Virus record (IMG/VR): IMGVR_UViG_2597490185_000004
Coordinates: 43,004 to 107,003 of that record
DNA length: 64,000 nt
Source of the DNA: a virus
Strand: one strand, 5' to 3'
Positions within the stretch are counted from its first letter, which is position 1. Each line of letters opens with the position of its first letter. The translations under genes and the position numbers were made by a program. The notes below the pieces were generated by a model. The model had not been told where the DNA came from. It ran no database searches and was given only the letters and a program-made list of their open reading frames with translations. Below, in pieces: positions 28,840-39,777 of the stretch.

Positions 28840-31128
28840 TTAGATTTTGCAGGCATCGCCACAATCATCACCGACCGGCGCCATTGGGGTTTCACGCTCA
28901 TCTTCCTCACCAGAGCGGTCACGGGTATTGTGGTAATAGAGTGTCTTAACGCCCATTGAATAAGCCATCAGCAGGTCACGCAGAAGCTCATCCATAGGTA
29001 CACGACCATTAGGATAAATTTCAGGGTCATAATTAGTATTCGCGGAAATGGACTGATCCACAAACTTTTGCATGATCGCAACTTTTGTCAGATAACCTTT
29101 GTTACTGCCCATCTGCCAGAGGTATTCGTATTGGTCTTTCAGACGCTCAAACTCCGGCACAATCATACGAACAGTGCCTTCTTTGCTCATCTTCACTGAC
29201 ATAGGTCCACGAGGTGGCTCGATACCATTGGTACTGTTTGTGATCTGGCTTGAGGTTTCGCACGGCATCAGCGCCGAAACAGTTGAGTTACGTAAACCAT
29301 ACGCTTTGATATCAGCGCGTAACGCTTCCCAATCCATTTTCAGCGGTTCAGTTACACCAACAGCCGCCTTATCCAATTGCTTCCTATAGTGGCCGATTGG
29401 TAGCTCACCATTGGCATAACGAGTTTCATTAAACAAAGAGCATTCGCCGAATTCTTTAGCCAACCGATTAGATGCTTTGAGCAGGTAATACTGGAATGCT
29501 TCAAATGTGTCATGAACGAACTGATCACCGGCAGTGTCAGAATATTTGAAACCGTTTTTCGCCAAATAATAGGCAAGGTTTGTCACGCCAACACCAAGAC
29601 TACGGCGATTCTTGGTCGAGTTCTCAGCCGCTTTAACAGGATATTTCTGGTAATCCAACAACGCATCAAGCGCCGACACAAGCAAGAATGACAGGTGTTC
29701 CAGCTCATCGAGGCTTTCAATTGCACCCAAGTTAAACGCTGACAACGTACACAGAGAAATCTCACCGTTTGGATCGTCCATGTATTCAAGCGGTTTTGTA
29801 GGTAACGCAATTTCCATACAAAGATTGGATTGACGAACAGGAGCTACCGCCGGATTAAATGCCCCGTGAGTGTTCATGTGGTCTACGTTAGCAATATAAA
29901 TACGACCGGTAGAAGCGCGTTCCTGCATGATTGATGAAAACAATTCCACAGCCGGTACGCTAATCCGTTTAATGCTTTCATCAGCCTCAGCCGCTTCATA
30001 CAGACGGGCAAATTCAGCCTGATCAGAGAAAAAAGCATCGTACATACCAGGCACGTCATTCGGACTAAACAGAGAAATGTTTTTGCTTTCAGTGAGGCGT
30101 TTATACAGAAGACCATTAATCATCACACCGTAATCCATGTGACGAACACGGTTTTCTTCAACGCCACGGTTATTTTTCAGCACCAGCAGATTTTGTGTTT
30201 CACGGTGCCATAGTGGATAAAACGCAGTAGCCGCCCCGCCACGAACACCACCCTGAGAGCACGATTTGACAGCCGCTTGGAAATATTTCAGGAATGGAAT
30301 GACGCCAGTGTGGTTTGCTTCACCACCACGGATCTCACTGCCCAAGGCACGAATAGCACCGAAGCCAAGACCAATACCAGCACGTTGAGATACATAGCTC
30401 ACGATTGCTGATGCCGTTGTGTAAATCGATGGCAGAGAGTCACCTGCTTCCATCACCACACAAGAGCTAAACTGCCGGGTTGGGGTACGTAAACCCGCCA
30501 TAATAGGCGTCGGCAAAGAGAGTTTGAACGTCGATGTAGCGTCGTAAAAGTCTTTCACCATTTGTAAGCGAGTGTCTTTGTTCCAGTTTTGGAAAAAACA
30601 CATAGCTGAAAGTATGTAAACATGCTGAGGCGCTTCGTACAGCTCGCCAGTAACACGGTTCTGAACCAGATATTTGCCGCGTAACTGAACGGTGGCCGCA
30701 TAGCCGAACAAATCATCACGCTCAGGATTCAGATAATCACCGAGTTCGTTAATCTCTTTAGATGTGTATTTAGTCAGTAGTTCTTTATCATACTTTTTAC
30801 GATCAACATTACGCTGGATATGCTCAAGCAGATTAGGATAATCGTAACCACCAAAGGCTTCTTTACGGATTAAACCTATATTTAATTTCGCTGCTACACG
30901 GCTATAGTTTGGTGAGTTGACAGAAATTAGATCAGCCGCAGCTTTCACCATGAGGGAGTGAATATCCGTTGTTTTAATGCCATTCTTCGCGCTGATATGC
31001 ACTTTCATTGCGATAGCTGATGCGCTAACACCATCGATTCCCTCAGTTCCATACATAGCAACACGATTGAATTTCTCAGTATCGAACGGTACTTGTGATC
31101 CGTCACGTTTAGTAACAAATAAGGTCAT
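28840..31128 (-). CDS. nrdA: ribonucleotide reductase class Ia alpha subunit
   Basis: ATP cone, QFSSC, SQGGVRGG, QSNLCMEI, LCTL, PCETSS, KTLYY; no intein or intron seen. Confidence 0.97.
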   Translation of the reverse strand: MTLFVTKRDGSQVPFDTEKFNRVAMYGTEGIDGVSASAIAMKVHISAKNGIKTTDIHSLMVKAAADLISVNSPNYSRVAAKLNIGLIRKEAFGGYDYPNLLEHIQRNVDRKKYDKELLTKYTSKEINELGDYLNPERDDLFGYAATVQLRGKYLVQNRVTGELYEAPQHVYILSAMCFFQNWNKDTRLQMVKDFYDATSTFKLSLPTPIMAGLRTPTRQFSSCVVMEAGDSLPSIYTTASAIVSYVSQRAGIGLGFGAIRALGSEIRGGEANHTGVIPFLKYFQAAVKSCSQGGVRGGAATAFYPLWHRETQNLLVLKNNRGVEENRVRHMDYGVMINGLLYKRLTESKNISLFSPNDVPGMYDAFFSDQAEFARLYEAAEADESIKRISVPAVELFSSIMQERASTGRIYIANVDHMNTHGAFNPAVAPVRQSNLCMEIALPTKPLEYMDDPNGEISLCTLSAFNLGAIESLDELEHLSFLLVSALDALLDYQKYPVKAAENSTKNRRSLGVGVTNLAYYLAKNGFKYSDTAGDQFVHDTFEAFQYYLLKASNRLAKEFGECSLFNETRYANGELPIGHYRKQLDKAAVGVTEPLKMDWEALRADIKAYGLRNSTVSALMPCETSSQITNSTNGIEPPRGPMSVKMSKEGTVRMIVPEFERLKDQYEYLWQMGSNKGYLTKVAIMQKFVDQSISANTNYDPEIYPNGRVPMDELLRDLLMAYSMGVKTLYYHNTRDRSGEEDERETPMAPVGDDCGDACKI

Positions 31129-31243
31129 TTACATCATTCCACGTTGTTTGTATTTTATTTATGATAGGTATGTGATTACGTATTATCAACCACACAAAAA
31201 CAATATCTTGTGTGGTTGATCTATAAGTGTTCAATATGTGGGT

Positions 31244-31813
31244 TTATAACAGAGAGGAAATAACCGTAGAAATTTGACGATATTGATCAGTTTGAATACC
31301 GGTATGAATTGCCGCAACAGCATCGGCCAGATGTTCATTTTTATTTACCAGCTTAACAACGCCTTTTTCCTTTCTTCTGAGCCAAGGCGCTTCTGGATGC
31401 TTGCCAACAGCCCATTCGATAATTTCTTCTTTCGTGGTTGTTTTTTTATTCGCCACAAACTGCTTAATTTCGATAGGCGTTACCTGAATCAATGGCTTAT
31501 CGATACATGCCAGAACACCAATGCAAATACCGTATGACGTCTGCGCACGGCTTGATTGGCTACCAACAGGCAATTCACAAAACACTAATTGAGCCTGATC
31601 GATAATTGGCTTTGCTGTTTTCCAAATCTCGCTTGCACGGCGTAAATCGTCGCTGTTTACACGCACTGACTTCTTATCGCTGGATTCTGTCTGTACCAGC
31701 TCCATACGTTCAATTTTGACAATCTGATTAGTGGTGATATCCAGCTCACCGAATACAACACCGAAATTACTCATACTCGGATCTATGCCAGCGATTTTGA
31801 TTATTTTACTCAT
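31244..31813 (-). CDS. RuvC-like Holliday junction resolvase
   Basis: IAGIDPSMSNFG, CELP, HLADAVAA. Confidence 0.8.
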   Translation of the reverse strand: MSKIIKIAGIDPSMSNFGVVFGELDITTNQIVKIERMELVQTESSDKKSVRVNSDDLRRASEIWKTAKPIIDQAQLVFCELPVGSQSSRAQTSYGICIGVLACIDKPLIQVTPIEIKQFVANKKTTTKEEIIEWAVGKHPEAPWLRRKEKGVVKLVNKNEHLADAVAAIHTGIQTDQYRQISTVISSLL

Positions 31814-31836
31814 GTAGTTACCTGTTTGTGATTGAT

Positions 31837-32709
31837 TTAAAATGAACCGAATGCGAATGAACGACCGTTAACCGATATACTTGCTGACTCATTCATTGGT
31901 TTTGGTTTAACTGCCGGCGTTTCTTTTGGTAAAGATAATTCCTGCTCTGTTGATTCATCCGATAAAATTATCCCTGTGGAATAACCATCGGAAAGCAACG
32001 CTATTTTCCCTAACTCACCCGTTATTTTTGAATTCTCGTGATTAACGACAGCTTTAAATGAAAAACTCTCTGTATGTAAGCTGAATTCGTTGCTTAAATC
32101 CGTTTTACAGAGTTTTTCTGGTATAACTGGCGTTATCCCATTCTCAACTTCATAAAAGCTGTCTGAGAGCGATTTAGACATATTCCCGATAGCTGAATGG
32201 TAATAAGCGTCATACCCAAGTTCTTCATTCAACAAAAGATGGTCTGCTTTCGCGTAAATTAACTTGCGATTATCCTCGATATTGTCTGCGTCAAGATCGG
32301 GTGTGTATGCCATCAGGATAAAATCACTTTTACCGCCTAAAACGGTATGAATCCGTGTAATGGAAACTAAAAGATCTGTAACACCGTCCAGCATTTTCAT
32401 TGATAACCAGTTGTCAATTTTATCTACAACCTCTTTACCAAATACTTTTCTGAGCTTTGAGCTATGCCAGTTATTATCAGTGATCGTAATCCGACCTGAT
32501 TTATCATCATCGGCAAAATCCAAACCCACCTTGGCTATATGGTGATTTTCATTTGCTGGCTGTTTGTATTTCACAGCCGGCTCAACAATGCCTCTAATGT
32601 CAGCGAAAATACGCGGCAAGCGGGAAATATCCGCAACTGCTACCGCTAAAATGGTAGCTTGTTGAATTGGTAACTTAATGGACATACGAACGACCGCCTT
32701 TAGATTCAA
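31837..32709 (-). CDS. hypothetical phage protein
   Basis: 290 aa ORF in the operon; start uncertain. Confidence 0.7.
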   Translation of the reverse strand: MNLKAVVRMSIKLPIQQATILAVAVADISRLPRIFADIRGIVEPAVKYKQPANENHHIAKVGLDFADDDKSGRITITDNNWHSSKLRKVFGKEVVDKIDNWLSMKMLDGVTDLLVSITRIHTVLGGKSDFILMAYTPDLDADNIEDNRKLIYAKADHLLLNEELGYDAYYHSAIGNMSKSLSDSFYEVENGITPVIPEKLCKTDLSNEFSLHTESFSFKAVVNHENSKITGELGKIALLSDGYSTGIILSDESTEQELSLPKETPAVKPKPMNESASISVNGRSFAFGSF

Positions 32710-34594
32710 CCGTAATTGTTTCTCTGAACCATGATTTCATTTCTTTGTGAGAGATAATCATCACGGTTCCGCGTTCACGGGCTTTGACTTCGAGGATTGC
32801 CATTAATCGCTCAAGACCAGCAATATCCAAGGCATCATCGATTTCATCACCGATAAATAACTGGATATTCTTAGTAGCTCGGCTGGCAACTAAATCCTGC
32901 AATGCTAAGGCGGTGGCAATACGGACTTTACGCTTCTCACCACCGGATAATCCGGCAAACGACTTGGAGGCACTTTCTTTAGAAACAGAGATATTGAATT
33001 TGTCTTTGACTTCACCTTTTTTTGTGGTTTCCATCGTAGACCAAACCGCTGTTATCAATCCGTCTGAAAGCGTATTAAGATATTCCGCCGTTCTTGCATT
33101 CAGGAAAGGAGTAACATTGGATAAAATATGGCTACGGACACCAGACGGAGAAAACACTTTCCGTGCATGTTCCAACAAGGCACATTCGTCATCTAATGTT
33201 CCTTTGTTTTTCTTTAAAGTCTTTAAATTATCTTTCAGGAGCGCGGCTTCGTGTTTTGTCTTTTCAATAAGCGCGGTAAACGGATTTAACTCAGCTTCAA
33301 TCGTCTTTAATTTCTCAATTTCAGCTTTCAAGGCACGCTTGCCGGCTAGTTCATCGTTGGTCGATTTTTCAATGTAAGTACGCTGTCTTTGGAATACGGC
33401 GATCTTTTCCATTTCTGTGTCAACGTTAGGTCGAGTGGCTTTCAGAGCATTAAGTGCCGTTTCTGCTCTGGCGATTTGGTCGGTTACGGCGGTTATTTCA
33501 GGCGCTAGTTCGGTAGTAATACGTGCTATATCAGCTTTCGCTTTTTCGATATGAACTTTTTTTACCGTTTCTAAATCACTCTCACAGTATGGTTTCCCGC
33601 ATTCAGTACATGGCACACCCACTTTAGCCGAAACCTCGGTGGCGTTCGTCATGGCGCGTTTTGCCTGAGTTTTCAGACGGTCGATTTCGTTTTGTTTAAT
33701 TGTCTGCGTTGAACGAGCTTTGGCAATTGCAGATTCCAGTTCACTGACTTTACGGTCATGCCCAGTTACGCCAGAAATACTGGCACGTAATCCCCTTATC
33801 TTTTCATCAATCGACTCAAGAGTAGGATTGTCACGGTTGGATAACTGTAGTTCGGCTAAATTTATTTCCGCCGCACCAATTGCTTTCTTCGCTTCATCAA
33901 TCCGCAATTTGCGACCGGCTTCCCATGTCTCAGCGGAATTTAAGGTTTCTTCCGCAGTTTCGAGGGCACTACTGAAAGAGCGATCCATAATCGTAATCTT
34001 GCCGGCTACACCATCACGCTCTGCCAATTTTGCGTTATGGCGATCACGGGCAATCTCATAGGAATGAGTTAAACGATCCACACCAGCAGCCTCTTCAACA
34101 ATCGCTTTCAGGTTCTTATCTGTCATGCCGGGTAAATCGGGCATATTTTCCTGACTGGCATAAATTGAAGCCAGAAAGACGTCTTTTGAGGCTCCGATTA
34201 GTTTCTCGATAAATTCCTGAGTGAGTTTATCTGTGCCTTTGGTGAGATCGCCATCTTCACATGAAACTATCAAACGGTTTTTATTCGCGGTATGAGCACG
34301 ATGTCGCATGATTGAGTAACGTTTCCCGTCTTCATCTTCGACGATGATAGCGACACGACAGTTCTTTTCATGATCGGTACTGAGCACATCATCAGCTTTT
34401 AAACCGTTGGCTGTTTCGCCATATAATCCCCAACACAGGGCGTTCATTAACGTTGACTTACCGGAACCATTACTGTTCGCAGAGGTATCATCGGTGTTTT
34501 TGCCTTGGATAAGGATCAAACCACGGTCGTTTAGTTCGACTTTTGCTTCCGCTATACGCATGAAGTTTTCTGCCGTCATTTTGATAAATTTCAT
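32675..34594 (-). CDS. SbcC/Rad50/gp46-like SMC ATPase
   Basis: NGSGKST, coiled coil with CTEC hook, LSGGEKRK, DEIDDALD. Confidence 0.92.
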   Translation of the reverse strand: MKFIKMTAENFMRIAEAKVELNDRGLILIQGKNTDDTSANSNGSGKSTLMNALCWGLYGETANGLKADDVLSTDHEKNCRVAIIVEDEDGKRYSIMRHRAHTANKNRLIVSCEDGDLTKGTDKLTQEFIEKLIGASKDVFLASIYASQENMPDLPGMTDKNLKAIVEEAAGVDRLTHSYEIARDRHNAKLAERDGVAGKITIMDRSFSSALETAEETLNSAETWEAGRKLRIDEAKKAIGAAEINLAELQLSNRDNPTLESIDEKIRGLRASISGVTGHDRKVSELESAIAKARSTQTIKQNEIDRLKTQAKRAMTNATEVSAKVGVPCTECGKPYCESDLETVKKVHIEKAKADIARITTELAPEITAVTDQIARAETALNALKATRPNVDTEMEKIAVFQRQRTYIEKSTNDELAGKRALKAEIEKLKTIEAELNPFTALIEKTKHEAALLKDNLKTLKKNKGTLDDECALLEHARKVFSPSGVRSHILSNVTPFLNARTAEYLNTLSDGLITAVWSTMETTKKGEVKDKFNISVSKESASKSFAGLSGGEKRKVRIATALALQDLVASRATKNIQLFIGDEIDDALDIAGLERLMAILEVKARERGTVMIISHKEMKSWFRETITVESKGGRSYVH

Positions 34595-35679
34595 TATTCT
34601 TTGCCCTCTGCCTGAGATAACACATCGTCACAAATCGCTGTCAGTTTGGTTACATCAATCGAGGTGTCGCTTTTTCCCATTAGAATGCAGTAGTTGCCAA
34701 CCGATTCTTTCAAGCTGTCAATTTTGGCTGTACCCGCTGTTGCTGTCGTCGCGCCAACCAGAGCTGATTCCTTAGTAAAGTTTCTCGTTACACCGCTTGC
34801 GCCGAGTAATTTCACCATTTCTTCAATTTTTTTACCTTCTTCATCGTCTTTGATTACGGCGCGGATGCGAACGTAATTCCCTTTGATTGCCGATTCTTCC
34901 ATATCGCCGTCTAATTCGAGGAAAACAGGGGCTTGTGTTGAGTATTGTGAATATGATCCATCAGCATTAATCAACATATAACCCGCTGTAGTGCCAATAT
35001 CGCCCCAATTCTGATGCGTCAGTGCTCCGATAGAGATAACGCCGGGAATGACCTCTTTGTGGTTGTGATAATGGCCGGAAAGGACATAGCGGAAACCCAA
35101 ACCTTCAAATTCTTCGGCTTCCATTCCAACATCTGGCATACCCGGTATCGCTTTATTGATTGAGGTATGGATGATCAGGTCATTTGGAACAGTGGGATCG
35201 AGTGTTTTTGCCAACTCTTTAACGGTGTTTAAAAGCTCTTTGTGATCGTTGTACCAGCTAATCATGTGAACTTTAACACCATCGATATCGAACGTTTGAG
35301 GTGTCTTAGAGCACACAATCTTCGCGCCAATTTTGGTAAATGATGCTGAGGCGTTGGCTGAGAACACAGAATCATTGGTTTCTAAGTCGTGGTTGCCAGC
35401 GAGAATATAAACATCTAAACCGAGCGTATTTATGATCCAATCATACAACTCAGATGTGAAGTGCAGGACGGTTGGGGCAATTGAACCACGAACATGAAAT
35501 ACGTCACCACCATGAAACAGAGCTTTTGCACCAGCTTCTTTAGCGGCAACTGCGGCTTCTCGCGTGGCATCTAACTGTATTTTTAATCGAGAATTCATAC
35601 CATCATGAGCGGTTGAAGCAAAGGCATCCCATACATGGTAGTGCGTATCAGATATTAAGCCGTATAACGCTTTCTTCAT
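34594..35679 (-). CDS. SbcD/Mre11/gp47-like metallophosphoesterase nuclease
   Basis: SDTHYH, GGDVFH, AGNHD, SGHYH. Confidence 0.92.
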   Translation of the reverse strand: MKKALYGLISDTHYHVWDAFASTAHDGMNSRLKIQLDATREAAVAAKEAGAKALFHGGDVFHVRGSIAPTVLHFTSELYDWIINTLGLDVYILAGNHDLETNDSVFSANASASFTKIGAKIVCSKTPQTFDIDGVKVHMISWYNDHKELLNTVKELAKTLDPTVPNDLIIHTSINKAIPGMPDVGMEAEEFEGLGFRYVLSGHYHNHKEVIPGVISIGALTHQNWGDIGTTAGYMLINADGSYSQYSTQAPVFLELDGDMEESAIKGNYVRIRAVIKDDEEGKKIEEMVKLLGASGVTRNFTKESALVGATTATAGTAKIDSLKESVGNYCILMGKSDTSIDVTKLTAICDDVLSQAEGKE

Positions 35680-35808
35680 CTTTCTTTCACCTTTAAATAT
35701 GTAAATAAATACGTATTACCATTCAAATGGTATCAGAATAGAAAAGGCGAGAAAGTAAAAATATAAGGCACTCAATATATTGAGTGCCTTTTTAGTGTAT
35801 AGGCTGGC

Positions 35809-36435
35809 TTACAGGTTCCTATGCCATGAAAGATTAATTACCTTGCTTTCAACATTTTCCGGTGTATCACCAAGCTTCTTATCAATTTTATCGATGAGTT
35901 CATGCGAAACGTTCTCAATATAGATTGCGGTCAACTTGGAATCTGGCTTTAAGAAGTGTCCATAAGACTTACGGATCACTCTTTCGACTTCATCAACTCC
36001 TTTTCCGGCCATAGCAATGTGGTTAAATTGAGCGTGTACTTCCAGCATCTTATCGATTCCACCTGAGATAACGCTTTTCACTTTGCCAAATCGAATGATA
36101 TCGCCAGATTTTGAATCTGTAAGAGCTACAACTTTCCCTTTTACCAATCGTTCCTGCCACGTTGTACCTGCTCTTAATGTATTAAATATTGAGAAGTGAA
36201 GACCAACGTAAGGGGAGCAAAAGGGGATTGAGGGCACGAATCTAGCACATGTTCTGATAACTGCCTCAGCATGACCTTCTGTGAACGATAAAGCGCGTTG
36301 GATAGGACAATTTGAAATGATAGAACATACCTGACACAAGTGGTCATTTCGGGATCGTACTGATTTAGGCTCTATAGTGTAGACGCCTTTTTCTAAGAGT
36401 CTTACACGTTTATTTTTTTGTTGAGAGTCAGTCAT
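35809..36435 (-). CDS. hypothetical protein (CxxC, FNTLR.G motif)
   Basis: 208 aa ORF. Confidence 0.7.
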   Translation of the reverse strand: MTDSQQKNKRVRLLEKGVYTIEPKSVRSRNDHLCQVCSIISNCPIQRALSFTEGHAEAVIRTCARFVPSIPFCSPYVGLHFSIFNTLRAGTTWQERLVKGKVVALTDSKSGDIIRFGKVKSVISGGIDKMLEVHAQFNHIAMAGKGVDEVERVIRKSYGHFLKPDSKLTAIYIENVSHELIDKIDKKLGDTPENVESKVINLSWHRNL

Positions 36436-36669
36436 GATTTACCTTATTTGTATTTTACTAAGGCGATCATAGCTGAAAAGAAATGGCTTGTGCCGATTTG
36501 CCTGGTTTTAGTCTTCCTCAATACAAGATGGTGATTGTCAATCAATTATCATTTCCTCCCTGATTTTGATCAATGATATTCATAGTTTTTCCTATAACGT
36601 ATTTTGTTTGATTTGTATTATTTGCCAATGAGTTAAAGGTTAAATTGGGATACGACGGTATTTTATGAA

Positions 36670-37120
36670 TGTTATTCACACGACCGATCCAATAATAAGT
36701 TCCAAATAGATCATTATAAAGATCAATAAAGATCCCCGATCTCCGCAGAGTTTGTGGCACAAGGCCTTAAGTGGTATCAGCGACCACTGTAGAGAGGTAA
36801 TAGACCTCTAAGGAGAGTGAGAATGACTACTGTAGTCAGCAAAATGACGGCTTAAAAGAGCAACTGTGACCACTATAGGGAGAGGCTCCATATTTTTATT
36901 CACTAGCGAGTTATTCAGATATCCACAAGATAGATCCAATAATAGCTCCTATGAGTTCCCAAAGATCCTTGTTGCTGATTACGTATAAATATCAATAGGT
37001 TTAGTTACTTAATGACCACTATAAAGTGTAATCCGACCACTATAAAGAGTAAATAAACCACTATAAACATTAGTGACACGACTACTATAGATAGCAATAA
37101 TAAACCACTATAGAGAGTGT
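36670..37120. promoter_or_regulatory. iteron-type plasmid origin (P1/FIB-like)
   Basis: DnaA box ttattcaca (36672-36680), clustered GATC/AGATCC, five iterons at about 37013, 37034, 37055, 37079, 37102 plus copies near 36781 and 36867; consensus about gACCACTATAgAgAGTAA. Confidence 0.85.
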
Positions 37121-37146
37121 TCTACTCAGAGTGTGGGAGGTAATTT

Positions 37147-38163
37147 ATGTCTGAAAATTCAATAGCTAATGTCAATCTAGCTTCTGCATTAACAGAAGTA
37201 AACAAAGAAACCGGTGAGCTAATTACACTGACACCGAACACCAATAATACCGTTCAGCCTGTCGCATTGATGCGGCTAGGATTGTTTGTCCCTACTTTGA
37301 AATCCACGAACCGAAGTAAACGAAATCTCATGTCGTCAATGGATGCAACTGAGGAATTGAAACAACTTTCTCTTGCAAAATCAGAGGGATATAACAATAT
37401 CAAGATAACTGGAGAACGGCTTGATATGGACAATGACTTTAAAACATGGGTCGGGATCATACACTCGTTTGCAAAGCATAAAGTGATAGGCGATAAAGTC
37501 ACCCTTAAATTTGTCGATTTTGTAAAACTCTGTGGTATTCCGTCTGCCAGATCATCAAAACGCCTGAGAGAACGTTTGGATGAATCACTCCGGCGAATAG
37601 TCTCTACTACACTCTCTTTTACTAATGATTCAAAGTCTTATCATACTCACCTCGTTCAGTCAGCTTACTATGATATGAAAGAGGATACGGTGACAATTCA
37701 GGCTGACCCGAAGATATTTGAGCTGTATCAGTTTGACCATAAGGTATTACTGCAATTACGGGCAATTAACGAATTAGCGCGTAAGGAAAGCGCTCAGGCA
37801 CTTTATACGTTCATCGAGAGTTTACCCACCAGTCCAGCTCCCGTATCAATGGCGAGGCTTAGGGCACGGTTAAATCTCAAATCCCGCCCCAATACTCAGA
37901 ACGCTACTGTCAGACGAGCATTAGAGCAATTAAAAGAGATCGGCTATCTAGATTGCACAGAGACTAAAAAAGGTAATTCAGTTTACTTCCTAATCCACGA
38001 ACGGACTCCTAAGCTCAAGAAAAACAAGCCAATTAAAACAGTTAAGAAAGCAAAGACCACTAAAGGAAGTAAGACCACTATAGAGAGCGATGATACTATT
38101 TTGGCTGAATTGACAAGGGAAGAACTTGAATTGTTAAAAAAAATCAGAAAATCAAATAAATAG
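37147..38163 (+). CDS. repA: RepFIB/P1-type replication initiator
   Basis: [51 protein letters not shown]; flanked by iterons. Confidence 0.93.
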   Translation: MSENSIANVNLASALTEVNKETGELITLTPNTNNTVQPVALMRLGLFVPTLKSTNRSKRNLMSSMDATEELKQLSLAKSEGYNNIKITGERLDMDNDFKTWVGIIHSFAKHKVIGDKVTLKFVDFVKLCGIPSARSSKRLRERLDESLRRIVSTTLSFTNDSKSYHTHLVQSAYYDMKEDTVTIQADPKIFELYQFDHKVLLQLRAINELARKESAQALYTFIESLPTSPAPVSMARLRARLNLKSRPNTQNATVRRALEQLKEIGYLDCTETKKGNSVYFLIHERTPKLKKNKPIKTVKKAKTTKGSKTTIESDDTILAELTREELELLKKIRKSNK

Positions 38164-38460
38164 CAAATTAACGACCGCTATAGAGAGTAAAAACAGAAGA
38201 CCACTATGGAGAGTAATTTCTCATTATAGAGGTCTTTTTTATGCAGCATGGGTTGCAATTGAGATAACGTACCTTGATTTTTGGAATTGTTACGGTGTAA
38301 CCATCATCTTTCTTGCTATAGTGGTTTTTTATAACATGTTGTTATATTTATATTTTTATCAAACAAAGCAGATGATGAATAATACGGTCACTTATCCTGA
38401 CAGTAAATCGCGTATCGGTATCGACCACTATAGAGAGAATAGGTGCTCTTTATAGCGGTC
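38072..38460. repeat. downstream (incA-like) iterons
   Basis: Copies at about 38072 (inside repA), 38172, 38198, 38422; inverted copies near 38317 and 38446. Confidence 0.85.
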
Positions 38461-38578
38461 TTACAAATCAAATATTTTTCAAAAGGGTAGGGTGGTTGAC
38501 GCATTGGCTGATGAAGGCAAACAAAATGCTACTGTGCCGGCAAATATCCAAAGAACAATAAAGAAAGCAAAGGCTACT

Positions 38579-38779
38579 TTACGCATCTTTCTTTTCCAAA
38601 GCAGCTCGAACAAGAGAGTCTTTTGCTTCTAGTAGTTTTCGAAGGCCGACAGACTTCTCAGCGGAATCAGGTAGCATTCCGTCCATTTGAACAGCCAAGT
38701 CACCAACTGGCTTACTGACAGACTGTAAATTAGCTGGAAGATGGTTGTACGCGAAGTATTTGATAATAGGTGATGCCAT
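38579..38779 (-). CDS. small helical protein, Acb2/Tad1-hairpin-like
   Basis: FAYNHLP..LQSVSKPVGDLA....LPDSAEKSVGLRKLLEAKD..VRA. Confidence 0.6.
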   Translation of the reverse strand: MASPIIKYFAYNHLPANLQSVSKPVGDLAVQMDGMLPDSAEKSVGLRKLLEAKDSLVRAALEKKDA

Positions 38780-39240
38780 GTCATTTCCTTATTCTGGCTA
38801 TTTCCGATTTAATATGAGGTGCACAGAAGAAAATCCACAACCAGCATTTTAGGAATGCTTTTGATATGTTGCGGCGAACCAATGACTCGAACATTAATCC
38901 GGCACCGCCGATGTAAAGTAAACCCATCAATACGATAAAATTATCCATCCTAGCACCATTAGGTAAGTGAATACATATTTTATAAGTTGTGAAAATAAAG
39001 GTAAAGTTACATTGTATAAACCTGCACATTCAATGCTTGTTTAAATTCTTATTTTTCATAATTAACCTCATTTAGATAAGTTTATTGTTTTCTTATTGAT
39101 GTTATTTTCTCAAAATAAAAAAGGCACTCAATAGAGCGCCTTTAAAAAGTGAGATTAGTTTTGAGAGCCAAATCTTGCGTCCAATTGCCGACTGATTACT
39201 TGAAGTGTATACTTAATATACACATAATGGAGGTATACCT

Positions 39241-39459
39241 ATGAAGCATAGAATTAGCGTAACCGTAGATAGAGAGCATTATCAGGTACTTAGTTCTTCC
39301 GGGATAAATATTTCTGGTCTAGTAAATGACGCCATAGGAAAAGAAGCCCGCAGGATAAAGGCCGAAAAGTGGAAAGCAGATAACCGAGAAGGTATGGCGG
39401 AAGTTGCAGAATTTATAGCACAATATGGTTCGTTCGCTGAAGAAAACAGGAATTGGTGA
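39241..39459 (+). CDS. ccdA: CcdA antitoxin
   Basis: [10 protein letters not shown]...NISGLV...EARR..AE.WKA.N.EGMAEVA.FI...GSFA.ENR.W, colinear with F CcdA. Confidence 0.96.
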   Translation: MKHRISVTVDREHYQVLSSSGINISGLVNDAIGKEARRIKAEKWKADNREGMAEVAEFIAQYGSFAEENRNW

Positions 39460-39460
39460 T

Positions 39461-39766
39461 ATGCAATTCATTGTTTATGAATACAAGCGGGCAAGCCATT
39501 ACAAAATGTTTGTCGATGTACAAAGCGATATCATCGATACTCCTGGGCGGCGTATGGTCATCCCTTTGATTGAATCCCGCCATCTTTCTGAAAAAGTGAA
39601 TAGCTTATTGTTTCCTTTGGTTAGAGTCAACGATGAGGATTATCGGGTGATGACGACCGAACTATCAAGCGTGTCTGTAAACGTTATTGGAGAGGTCATT
39701 ACCGACGTTAGCAGTGCCGCCGACGCGATTAAGAACGCCATCAACCTCATATTCCCCAGAACATGA
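39461..39766 (+). CDS. ccdB: CcdB toxin with non-canonical C-terminus (IFPRT instead of MFWGI)
   Basis: [10 protein letters not shown]...[20 protein letters not shown]...[11 protein letters not shown]...IKNAINL; 101 aa from ATG 39461. Confidence 0.95.
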   Translation: MQFIVYEYKRASHYKMFVDVQSDIIDTPGRRMVIPLIESRHLSEKVNSLLFPLVRVNDEDYRVMTTELSSVSVNVIGEVITDVSSAADAIKNAINLIFPRT

Positions 39767-39777
39767 GGTTGATGGCG
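39736..39777. repeat. 15-bp perfect inverted repeat around a 12-bp invertible loop
   Basis: cgccatcaacctcat [attccccagaac] atgaggttgatggcg. Confidence 0.95.

Noticed and set aside
27610-31128. Introns, inteins or homing endonucleases in nrdAB
   Set aside because: Both ORFs are continuous and of normal length.
36781-38460. Regularly spaced ~19-bp repeats as a possible CRISPR array
   Set aside because: Spacers are only 2-5 bp, the repeats flank repA, and there are no cas genes; these are iterons.
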